DNA from: an uncultured bacterium
GTDB lineage: Bacteria; Planctomycetota; UBA1135; GCA-002686595
Length of the DNA: 64,000 nucleotides
NCBI GenBank assembly: GCA_943787795.1
Contig: CALSNU010000001.1
Span: 928,001 to 992,000, forward strand
Direction of reading: 5' to 3'
Below are positions 29,750-38,453 of this stretch, in pieces. Within the stretch, counting starts at the first letter, position 1. Each line of letters opens with the position of its first letter. Below the pieces are notes generated by a model that was not told the DNA's origin, did no database searches, and saw only the letters and a list, made by a program, of their open reading frames with translations. Made by a program: the position numbers and the translations under genes.

Positions 29750-31175
29750 CGGACGGCTCGCCCCCGTCGCTCGCGGCTGAGGCGGCGCCCGTCGAGCCGC
29801 CAGATCCAGCCCACGGGAAGGGATCCACCGTGTCCCCATCCTCGAGGTCACGGTTGCCGACGACGGCGATCTGGTCACCGGCCGAGAGCGTCTCTCCGGT
29901 CGCCGGGATCACCTCGACGTGGTCGTCCTCGGCGAACCCTTCGCTCACCGCCACGCGGCGGACGGTGGTCCCGTCCACCACGAAGATCCAGAGGGCATCC
30001 CCTTCGCGGAGCAGGCCGCGCTTGGGGATGACCAAGGCGTCTGCATGACGCTCCGTCACGATGCGGATGCGTAGCAGCATGCCCGGTAGAACCGGAGGGC
30101 GGTCGTCCCCGCTCTCGGGCTGGTCCACGCCGATGGTGACGCGAAACTGGCCCGACGCGGGGTCGATGGTCGGGCTCACGAACTGAATCCGCCCGGAGTA
30201 GGTCTGGCCGGGCAGCGCCTCGGGCGCGATCTCGATGTCGAGCGCCGGCTCCTCGTTGGTCTTGTTGGCGAGCCGCGCCCGCTGTTCTGCGCGGCGGAAG
30301 AAGACGAGCTCTCGCTGGGATCGAGAGACCACGGCGCGGACGTTGACGGGGTCGGTGAGGGTGAACGCTGCCGAGGCAGTCGACGCGAGGTCGCCCACGC
30401 GAACCGTCCGGCTGGCGATGACCCCCTCGAAGGGAGCCTCGACGGATGCGAACGAGCGGTTGAGCTCGGCCTTGCTGACCTGCAGCGCCGCGCGCTCGAT
30501 GGCGATCGCCTGGCTCGTCAGGGCGGCCTCTGCCTTGGCCTCGGCGATCTTCGCAGCGTCACGGTCGGCCCGGTTCGTCGCCACGGTCAGGCGCAGCTGG
30601 TCCAGCTCGTTGCGGGAGATGATGCCCTCGCCAGCCCCCTCCTTGCGTTCGAGCTCACGGGTCGACTGGTCGAACCTCAGCTGCGCGCTCTCCAGCCGGG
30701 CCTTGGCCTCGTCCACGGAGAGCTCGAGGTTGCGCTTGCCGTCCTCGGCCTCGCGGAGCGCGATACGGGCCTCGCTCAGGGCCGCCTCCAGCTCCCTGGG
30801 GTCGAGCTCCATGAGGGGAGCGCCGGCGGAGACGGCGTCACCTTCCTCCACGCCCACGGAGGTCACCACGCCCGAGATACGCGGGAAGACCTGGATCTGC
30901 TGCTCCGACTCGGCGTTGACCGTTGTCGAGAGCGCTCGAACCATCTCGCGCTGGACCAGCGGTGCGGTCAGGACCTTGGGGGCGGTGGCTCGCTCAAGAC
31001 CCTCGAAGGTGCCCGCTGCGTCACCTGGCGTCGCTCCCGCTCCGGCTTCAACGCTGCATGCGCACAGCAGCGAGAGAAACGCGAGAGGAGCCATGAGGCG
31101 GCCTCCGGGCCCGGGCCTCTGGCTCACTCTGTCTGCGCGGAGACGCGGGGGGGAGGGCTGGTTGCGTTCGATCAT
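29739..31175 (-). CDS. RND periplasmic adaptor (membrane fusion protein)
   Basis: VEEGDAVSAG lipoyl half, long coiled coil, APFEGVI, SPTIDPASG, LPGM. Possible lipobox LLCAC; alternative start at 31094. Confidence 0.9.
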   Translation of the reverse strand: MIERNQPSPPRLRADRVSQRPGPGGRLMAPLAFLSLLCACSVEAGAGATPGDAAGTFEGLERATAPKVLTAPLVQREMVRALSTTVNAESEQQIQVFPRISGVVTSVGVEEGDAVSAGAPLMELDPRELEAALSEARIALREAEDGKRNLELSVDEAKARLESAQLRFDQSTRELERKEGAGEGIISRNELDQLRLTVATNRADRDAAKIAEAKAEAALTSQAIAIERAALQVSKAELNRSFASVEAPFEGVIASRTVRVGDLASTASAAFTLTDPVNVRAVVSRSQRELVFFRRAEQRARLANKTNEEPALDIEIAPEALPGQTYSGRIQFVSPTIDPASGQFRVTIGVDQPESGDDRPPVLPGMLLRIRIVTERHADALVIPKRGLLREGDALWIFVVDGTTVRRVAVSEGFAEDDHVEVIPATGETLSAGDQIAVVGNRDLEDGDTVDPFPWAGSGGSTGAASAASDGGEPSDDA

Positions 31176-31443
31176 GGGGGAGGCGCCGTGGGTGTCGGGC
31201 GCCTTGGGTGCCGGGGACCCGGGGAGATATCTCTCGGGCTGAGGGCGTCCGTTCCGAAGTCCGTAGACTCCGTCCGTCAGCGTCGGTGGCTGAGGTCCGG
31301 ATTCCTGGGAGACCTTCGTCGTGTTGAGCGCAGGCTTGCGCGGCACCAGTTTCCGCGCTGGCGAACCCGGGGCCTCCTCTCCTGGTCGAAAAACGTCTGT
31401 AATGCGCTCCCCAGCCCTATCCCGGCGCCCCCCCCCGCAAAGA

Positions 31444-33297
31444 ATGAGAACGCCCCTCCAAGCCCGCGCCAGGTTCCTTTGGACGCTCGCGACCTGGGCC
31501 CTGATCGGCCTGGCCCAGCCGGGTGTCCTGCGGCCGGACGGGTTCGGCCACCTGGCGTTCTTCGCCGTGGGCCCCTGGGCGCTGGCGGCTCGGCGCCCCG
31601 GGGGGCGCGCCTTCCTCGCCGAGTGGGCGGCTCACTCCGTGGGGCTCGCGGGGGTGTTCGCGTGGATGCTCGCGTTCTTCCCACCGCTGCTGGTGCCCAT
31701 GGCGGTGATCCCCGCCCTCTATCCCGCCCTGGGCGGCCTGGCGCTGAGGCGCGCGCCGGCCTGGCCGCTGGCCCTCCTCGCCCCGGCGGCGTGGATGCTG
31801 GCCGAGGTGGTGCGGTGGATGCTGCCGGTGCCCCTGTCCTTTGGCTGGTTTCGACTCGGCTTCCTGATGCACGACACCGAGTGGCTCGTGGGGTCCGCGG
31901 CGTGGTTCGGTACCTGGGGTCTGACCTGGGGCATGGCCGCGCTCGGCGGTCTCGCGGGGGACGTCGCGCTGGCGCTGGTCCGTCCGGCGGGCACTCCGTC
32001 CGGGCTCGTCAAGGCCTTTGGCCTGGGACTCACGCCGCTGGCGGCCCTGGTTTTCCTCTCCAGCCGACCCGTGGGCCCCACGGTGAGCGGGCCCGACGTG
32101 CTGGTGGTGCAGTCCGGCATCGAGCAGGAGATCAAGGCGGCGCGCCGCGACCCGCTCCTGGACCTCTTCGTCCCCCAGGTCACCCGCACGCTGGAGGCGC
32201 TCATCGAGACCCGCGTTCCGGGGGAGGCGGGCTTGCCGGATGTGGTCATGTGGGGGGAGACGTTCCTCCCCGGGAAGGTCCACGAGCCGGACGTGCTTCA
32301 GGACTTTCGGGCCGGCGTGCGGCCGACGGAGCTCTCCGGTCGGGCCGCGCTTGGCGAGGGGGACCTGGTGCGCCAGAACGAGCTGGCGGAGGACCTCGTC
32401 TCCGCCCTGCTGGGAACCGGGCCCGGCCAGCTGCTGACTCCGCCTGTCTGGCGGCAACTCTTCGAGCGCGAGCCGGCGGCCGAGTGGGCGGATCGCGTGG
32501 CGCGCGGCGAGCCGCTGCTGCCGCCGGGGACCTCTTTTCTCTCCGGCGTCGAGGGCTGGGCCTCCGTACAGGTCGACGGGGAGCCGGTCCTGCGCAGCGT
32601 GAACGGCGTCAAGCTCTGGACCCCCGACGGAGGTTCGACACCCATCGCCAGCAAGGTCCACCTGGTCCCGGGGGGCGAGTCGCCGGACGCGCTCCGTGGG
32701 ATCCCCTTTGTCCTCGAGGCGGTCAGGAGGGTGGCCAACGCGGTCCCTGACTTCGTGGCCGGCGAGGAGCCGGGGGTCCTGTTGATCCCCGGGGCGGACG
32801 GCCGTGTGCACCGTGCAGGGATCGCGATCTGCTTCGACAACGCCTTCGATGATCCCTTCACAACGCCCCTGCGCCGGGGGCCCGTGGACCTCTTCGTGGT
32901 CGTCAGCAACGAGGCCTGGTACAAGGCGAGCCCGGAGATGGACCACATGCTGGCCTTCTCCCGCATCGCGGCAGCGGCGTCGAGGCGCTCGATTGTTCGC
33001 GCGACCAACTCCGGGATCTCCGCCGTGATCGGGCCCGACGGGAGGATTCTCGGGGAGGTCCGCGGCGAGGGCGGCCGGCGCAAGATGGTCTCCGGTGCCC
33101 TGCGAGCGAGGGTTCCCGTGCCGGATCGGCGAGCGGGCGCGGGGGCCGGCGGGGAGGCCACCTTCTTTGCCCGGACTGAGCCGGTCCAGCCTTGGGCGTG
33201 GGGGGGGGGCGCGGCGCTGATCCTGCTCTTCGCCCTGGTTCGTCGGCGGTTCGGGCAGTCAGGGCCTGGGGAGGCGCACCCGGCGCCGGGCTCATGA
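31444..33297 (+). CDS. lnt: Apolipoprotein N-acyltransferase
   Basis: N-terminal TM helices; nitrilase triad motifs WGET (E), KVHLVPGGE (K) and ICFD (C); also SNEAWY and RATNSGISAVI. Confidence 0.92.
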   Translation: MRTPLQARARFLWTLATWALIGLAQPGVLRPDGFGHLAFFAVGPWALAARRPGGRAFLAEWAAHSVGLAGVFAWMLAFFPPLLVPMAVIPALYPALGGLALRRAPAWPLALLAPAAWMLAEVVRWMLPVPLSFGWFRLGFLMHDTEWLVGSAAWFGTWGLTWGMAALGGLAGDVALALVRPAGTPSGLVKAFGLGLTPLAALVFLSSRPVGPTVSGPDVLVVQSGIEQEIKAARRDPLLDLFVPQVTRTLEALIETRVPGEAGLPDVVMWGETFLPGKVHEPDVLQDFRAGVRPTELSGRAALGEGDLVRQNELAEDLVSALLGTGPGQLLTPPVWRQLFEREPAAEWADRVARGEPLLPPGTSFLSGVEGWASVQVDGEPVLRSVNGVKLWTPDGGSTPIASKVHLVPGGESPDALRGIPFVLEAVRRVANAVPDFVAGEEPGVLLIPGADGRVHRAGIAICFDNAFDDPFTTPLRRGPVDLFVVVSNEAWYKASPEMDHMLAFSRIAAAASRRSIVRATNSGISAVIGPDGRILGEVRGEGGRRKMVSGALRARVPVPDRRAGAGAGGEATFFARTEPVQPWAWGGGAALILLFALVRRRFGQSGPGEAHPAPGS

Positions 33298-33436
33298 GCC
33301 GATTCGGGCGGCTTTTGGGGGTAACCGGGAGCCGGCTCCCACTTATCCCCCTCACCGCGCCGCGACACCAGGCCCGAGGCTGGGTTCCCAGGGAGGCGGT
33401 TCCGTCGAAGACACGCGCTCTCCTGCGAGCCACTCC

Positions 33437-33466
33437 TTGACCCTTCGGCGCGGTGGCCTCTACACT
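33437..33466 (+). promoter_or_regulatory. Putative sigma70 promoter
   Basis: TTGACC-N18-TACACT upstream of the coiled-coil gene. Confidence 0.5.
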
Positions 33467-33701
33467 TCCCCCGTCGCTGCGAGCCCACGACCTTCCCGGG
33501 CACTCGGTCGACAATCTTTCGCACCCCCAGTTCCATCCGGCGTTTGCCGCGGCCCCTGCCGCGACCCGCGAACACCGTTCCCCCCAGGGTTCCTGGGTTC
33601 AGCGCCACAGGCGTTGTCTCCCAGGGCACATCCGCCCCGGGCGTCCCCGCGACGCCTTGACCACCGAGAACTCAAAGAGTTCCCCTCCACGAGCCAACGT
33701 C

Positions 33702-34550
33702 ATGAGCCCGATCGGACGGACCTTCGTCGCCATCAACTTCGCCCTCTCCGCCGCCTTCCTCGGCTTCGCGTCCAACAACCTCTCCACGGCGCAGAAGTAC
33801 CGCGGGCAGTTTGAAGACGTGACCGCCGAGCTCGCGTCGTCCAAGACCTCGATGCAGGCTGAGATCGATCAGATCACCGCTGATCGCAACGCCGCCAACG
33901 ACCTGCGCAACAACATTCGCAGCGAGAAGGACGCTCTCGAGGAGAAGAACACTGCCCTCAAGCTGAACCTGGCGACCGCCACGGACGAGCTCAACGAGCT
34001 CAAGTCCGACATGGGGAACATCAGCTCGTCGATTGGCGATCTCTCCTCCAGCCTCGACGACATGAAGAGCCAGGTCGCTCAGGCCAACGAGGCCCGCGCC
34101 GAGGCGATCAACGCCCGTCGCGACGCTGAGAACGCCCGCGACGCCGCTGTCGCAGCCAAGGAGAAGGCCGACGATCGCTCGAACGGGCTGTCTGCGGACC
34201 TCGCTCAGGCCGAACGCGACCTGACCGCGACCCGCGGCGATCTCGAGGACGCCAACACGACGATCGCCATGGTCGTCGAGGCCACGAACTACGACCTCAC
34301 GCGCGGCGTGGGCGCCCCGCAGATCGACGGAGCGGTGCTGCAGTACCGCGCCGACCAGAAGCTGGTCCACATCAACCGCGGCACGAACAACAAGGTCAAG
34401 CGCGGCCACATCTTCGACATCTACAGCGGCGACACCTACAAGGGTCAAGCCCGTGTCGAGGTCGTCAACCCGGACACTTGCACCGCCGTCCTCGTGGCCA
34501 CCACCGGCTCCGCGATCGCGCAGGGAGACCTCGTCTCCACGCAGATCTGA
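33702..34550 (+). CDS. Membrane-anchored long coiled-coil protein with C-terminal small beta-domain
   Basis: N-terminal hydrophobic helix, about 170 aa of heptad-rich sequence, and C-terminal 'LVHINRGTNNKVKRGHIFDIY...GQARVEVV'. Confidence 0.85.
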   Translation: MSPIGRTFVAINFALSAAFLGFASNNLSTAQKYRGQFEDVTAELASSKTSMQAEIDQITADRNAANDLRNNIRSEKDALEEKNTALKLNLATATDELNELKSDMGNISSSIGDLSSSLDDMKSQVAQANEARAEAINARRDAENARDAAVAAKEKADDRSNGLSADLAQAERDLTATRGDLEDANTTIAMVVEATNYDLTRGVGAPQIDGAVLQYRADQKLVHINRGTNNKVKRGHIFDIYSGDTYKGQARVEVVNPDTCTAVLVATTGSAIAQGDLVSTQI

Positions 34551-34589
34551 GTTCCCCCCTCTTCTTTCGAACCCAACAGGGAGAACCAC

Positions 34590-34829
34590 ATGGCACGTTC
34601 CAAGAGCCGTTCCGGGTCCAGCCGGCGTAGCGCATCCTCCGAGGTCGCCGAGGTCGAGATCGTCTCCGAGGAGTCCGGTCTGGGCTTCGAGGTGGCACTC
34701 GCCATCATCACCACCGTCGTCCTCCTCGCAGCGGTCATCATGATCGACTACGACCGAGGGGCGAACTACGGAGAGGGCATGCTCTTCAAGGGCAAGTACG
34801 CGGAAAACGCCGCGTCCGCCACGGAGTGA
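34590..34829 (+). CDS. Small single-TM hypothetical protein
   Basis: RBS (gggag) before ATG, one TM helix, GC3-rich codons. Confidence 0.75.
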   Translation: MARSKSRSGSSRRSASSEVAEVEIVSEESGLGFEVALAIITTVVLLAAVIMIDYDRGANYGEGMLFKGKYAENAASATE

Positions 34830-34873
34830 GCAGGCCGCGGCTTGCCTCCCCAGGCGGCCGCTACAGATCGAAT

Positions 34874-34910
34874 GCGAGCCCGCAGCGCCCCGGCGCTGCG
34901 GGCTCGCTTC
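34874..34910 (+). terminator. Strong hairpin, probable terminator
   Basis: Perfect inverted repeat gcgagcccgcagcgcc / ggcgctgcgggctcgc followed by ttc. Confidence 0.55.
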
Positions 34911-35170
34911 ATGAAATGTGACCCCGCGCTGCGTTGTTCTTGTTGAACCCGCCCCCTCCGTCCTTCAAACTCCAGCCGGAGTCGCGCCCGCGGTTGAGGG
35001 GCCGCAGCGATTCTCGAACGCCGCACCGTTCGTCACCGCACAGATTTCATGAGGCCGAATCGCATGAGCCAGCTGTCTTCACGACGCTGTGTCCGAGCGG
35101 GTTCTCCGGAGCCCGCCAGCCATAACTTTGTATCCCACGCCGACGGGCTCCTGAGCCCGGGAGCGGAGCG

Positions 35171-36232
35171 ATGAGCCTCTTCAAGCCGATGGAGTGGGCC
35201 TTTGGTCACCTCTCCACTGACATGGGAATCGACCTCGGGACCGCGAACACGCTGGTTTGTACCCGCGGTCGCGGGATCATCCTGAATGAGCCGAGCGTCG
35301 TCGCCGTCAAGAAGGGCACGAACGAGGTCCTGCTCGACGGCATGGCCGTCGGGAACACGGCGAAGGAGATGCTCGGGCGAACCCCTGGCGGCATCCAGGC
35401 CATCCGACCGCTGCGCCACGGGGTCATCGCTGACTTCGACGTGACGGAGAAGATGCTCAAGTACTTCATCACCAAGGTCCACGAGGGCCGGCAGTGGGTG
35501 AAGCCGCAGGTTGTCATCGCGGTCCCGGTCGGCATCACGGCGGTCGAGCGACGGGCGGTGATTCACTCGGCGGAGCGTGCGGGTGCTCGGCGAGTCTTCC
35601 TCATCGACGAGCCCATGGCTGCGGGTATCGGCTGCGACATGCCGGTGACCGAGGCGCGCGGTTCGCTCATCGTCGACATCGGCGGCGGAACGACGGAGAT
35701 CGCGGTGCTCTCCCTCGCCGGCGCCGTGGTCTCCACCTCCCTGCGGATCGCAGGCGACGAGATGGACGAGGCGATCCTCTCCCACCTCCGACGTCATCAC
35801 AACCTGCTCATCGGTGAGCAGTCCGCCGAGCGCATCAAGCTCACCATCGGGTCCGCGTGGCCGATGGAGCAGGAGCTCTCCATGGAGGTCAAGGGCCGGG
35901 ACTCGGTCCAGGGCCTCCCGCGCCGTGCCACGGTCACCTCGATCGAGATTCGCGAGGCGCTCAGCCACCCCGTGCGTCTCATCTGCGAGGCCATCCGCGG
36001 CATCCTCGAGGAGGCGCCTCCCGAGATCAGCGCGGACCTCGTCGACACCGGCATCACGCTGGTCGGCGGCGGCGCGCTGCTCTACGGCATGTCGCAGGCG
36101 ATCTCTGATCACCTCGGGGTCCCCGCCCGCGTGGCGGAGGATCCCCTCACGGCCGTGGCGCGCGGCACCGGGATCTTCCTCGACAAGCTCGACGTCTTCA
36201 GCCGCGTGCTGTCGACGGAAGACGACGACTGA
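35171..36232 (+). CDS. mreB: Rod shape-determining actin-like protein MreB
   Basis: GIDLGTANT, EPSVVA, RPLRHGVIADF, EPMAAGIG, DIGGGTTE, GGGALL. Confidence 0.98.
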   Translation: MSLFKPMEWAFGHLSTDMGIDLGTANTLVCTRGRGIILNEPSVVAVKKGTNEVLLDGMAVGNTAKEMLGRTPGGIQAIRPLRHGVIADFDVTEKMLKYFITKVHEGRQWVKPQVVIAVPVGITAVERRAVIHSAERAGARRVFLIDEPMAAGIGCDMPVTEARGSLIVDIGGGTTEIAVLSLAGAVVSTSLRIAGDEMDEAILSHLRRHHNLLIGEQSAERIKLTIGSAWPMEQELSMEVKGRDSVQGLPRRATVTSIEIREALSHPVRLICEAIRGILEEAPPEISADLVDTGITLVGGGALLYGMSQAISDHLGVPARVAEDPLTAVARGTGIFLDKLDVFSRVLSTEDDD

Positions 36233-36348
36233 CCCACTCGTCCCGTCGGGACGCCCAGGCCCTCGTGGGGCCGGGCGGCTCGCACGGGCGCCTGGCGGCG
36301 CATCCTCGCGACGTCACTGATCGAGCAGGTCTGGGGGGACCGAAGCAC

Positions 36349-37890
36349 ATGGCGACGATGCGGACACGAAGGCTTGGCTGGACCATCGCGGCCGGTGCTG
36401 CGCTGGTCTCCCTGCGTCCCGTCGGGCCGTTCGAGCGGGTCGCTGACCTCGCCCTGGTTCCCGCCCGTGTGATCGGCGTCCTCGGAGCCCCCTCGCTCCT
36501 CTGGGCCCGGGGAGACACGGGGGAGGGCGCTGGCGGCTCACCCGACGCCTTGGCCGCCGAACGCGAGCTCTCCGCGCAGCTCGAGCTGGCGATCCTCCGC
36601 TCTGCCGAGCCGACGGAGGTCCCCTGGCCGATCCGCGGCGTGGTGCCGATTCCCGGCGAGGTGGATGTCTCGGAGAAGGTGAACCGCGACCGCATCTCGC
36701 TGCGCGTCTCGGACCCCGGGCCCATCGAGCGCGGACAGGCGGTGGTGGCTGGAGACGTCTTCGTGGGCACCGTGGAGAAGATCCCCGTGCGGGAGCCCTA
36801 CAGGGATCGGCCCGGGCTGCTGGAGAAGATCCTGCGCCGGATGGGGCTCTCCTCGCCGCCGGTACCGCCGCCTCGAGACCTGGTGATCGTGCGAATGATC
36901 ACGGACCCTTCGGCCCGGGTCGGGGCTCGAATCCAGGAGATCGACGGACAGCCCGAGTGCCGCATGGTGGTGGGGGGCCTCGAGCGGCTCGACGATCGCG
37001 TCTGGCTCGCGGTCCATAACCCGGAGAGCCAGAACCGGTTCACCGGCCGGGTCGTCGTCCACGAGGCCGCCGCGGCGGTCGACTCCGCGGACTCCACGGC
37101 CAGCGGCTTCCTGCTCGGTGACCTGCGCCGGGCGACGGTGGCTGCCACCGAGCGCACCCCCCGGCGTCAGGTCATGGGCGTGGACCCGTTACTGGACTTC
37201 GAGGCGGGGCTGAACCAGGTGCTGGTCCTCACCGCTGGGCGCGGGCGAGGGACCGTGGACCCGCGTCGTTCGGACATTGTGGGGGTGCTGGAGTCCACCG
37301 GTTGGCGACACGTGGACATGGCGTCCCTCGGGGACCTCTGCCCCTGGCGCTCAACGGGGAGGCTCGACGTCGGGCGCAACGTCGGCGTACGGGCGGGGGC
37401 AGCGGTGGTGGACGGCGTCCGGCTGGTCGGTCGCGTCTCCCGTAGTGATCAGATCGGCGCCACGGTGGCGCTGCTCGATGACCCCGGGTTCCGGGTCACC
37501 GCCCTCGCGCAGCCTGCAGGCGACCCCGGGGCGACGCCCCTGGTGCTCGGGGAGCTCGTGTCGTCCGGCTGCAACGGGAGGGGGCAGGTCACGGTTCGCT
37601 GGCGTCCCGCTTCGGGGAGCCGCTACGGCGAGTGGATCGAACGGCACTCGGAGGGCGGCGGCGAGGTCGAGGTCCTGCTCTGGACCGGGTCCGGGATGCG
37701 CCGCGTGCCGCGCGGCCTGCTGCTGGGGCGCACGTCGCTCCAGGCGCCGGGGGAGCCCGGGGGCGAGCTGGTCATGGCGCTCGAGGGCTCGGGTGACCCG
37801 GGAGCCAAGCTCCAGGTCCGGACCGGTAGCTCGAGGCTCGCGCGCCCCGCTTCAGGCAGCGTCATTCACGCGGCGGAGGGGGCACGTTGA
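36349..37890 (+). CDS. mreC: MreC-like protein with two tandem MreC-type beta domains (513 aa)
   Basis: Position after mreB; two copies of the G..G.AVV.G..xVG.V...V.(L/I)xDP motif; C-terminal 'VPRGLLLG'. Confidence 0.75.
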   Translation: MATMRTRRLGWTIAAGAALVSLRPVGPFERVADLALVPARVIGVLGAPSLLWARGDTGEGAGGSPDALAAERELSAQLELAILRSAEPTEVPWPIRGVVPIPGEVDVSEKVNRDRISLRVSDPGPIERGQAVVAGDVFVGTVEKIPVREPYRDRPGLLEKILRRMGLSSPPVPPPRDLVIVRMITDPSARVGARIQEIDGQPECRMVVGGLERLDDRVWLAVHNPESQNRFTGRVVVHEAAAAVDSADSTASGFLLGDLRRATVAATERTPRRQVMGVDPLLDFEAGLNQVLVLTAGRGRGTVDPRRSDIVGVLESTGWRHVDMASLGDLCPWRSTGRLDVGRNVGVRAGAAVVDGVRLVGRVSRSDQIGATVALLDDPGFRVTALAQPAGDPGATPLVLGELVSSGCNGRGQVTVRWRPASGSRYGEWIERHSEGGGEVEVLLWTGSGMRRVPRGLLLGRTSLQAPGEPGGELVMALEGSGDPGAKLQVRTGSSRLARPASGSVIHAAEGAR

Positions 37891-38453
37891 AGCGGTTCAC
37901 CTCGCTGGGGGTCTTCTTCCTCTGGGTCTCGGTCGCCGGGGCCTTGCAGCTCCTGCTGACGAGCGGAGCGAGCGGGCCCGGCGAGGATGGCCCCGCCCTT
38001 GGGCGGGCCTGCGTCCCCGACCTGATGACGCTGGTCCTCGTGGCCGCCGTGGGGCGCCTCGACCGTCGCGACGTGGTCACCCTGGCCCTCGTCACGGCCG
38101 CGGCCAGGGCGGCCTACACAGCGGCGCCACCCTTCGCCGTCGTGTCCGGTTGCCTCGTCGCGGCGCTGATCGCTGACACGCTCCGGCGCTTCGCTGACCT
38201 GGACCGTGCATGGCTCCGATCCTGCGCAGCGGGGTCGGGCGCCCTCGCCATCGGGACCTGGCTCCTGGTGGTGGACCTGGTCCGCGGGAGCCAGGCCCGG
38301 GTCACCGGCGGCCTGAGCTTCGGCCAGGCCAGCGACCGGGACTTCGCGCTCGTCGTGCTGACGGCCACGGTCACCGCGCTGGTGGCGCCCCTGGTCTGGC
38401 CGGCTCTCCACCGCCTTCCGGGTCTACGCCGGCTCGAGAGGAGGGCCTTCTGA
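37887..38453 (+). CDS. mreD: Probable MreD (polytopic membrane protein)
   Basis: Position between mreC and pbp2; 'VPDLMTLVLV' motif; about 5 TM helices; TTG start overlapping the mreC stop. Confidence 0.6.
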   Translation: MKRFTSLGVFFLWVSVAGALQLLLTSGASGPGEDGPALGRACVPDLMTLVLVAAVGRLDRRDVVTLALVTAAARAAYTAAPPFAVVSGCLVAALIADTLRRFADLDRAWLRSCAAGSGALAIGTWLLVVDLVRGSQARVTGGLSFGQASDRDFALVVLTATVTALVAPLVWPALHRLPGLRRLERRAF

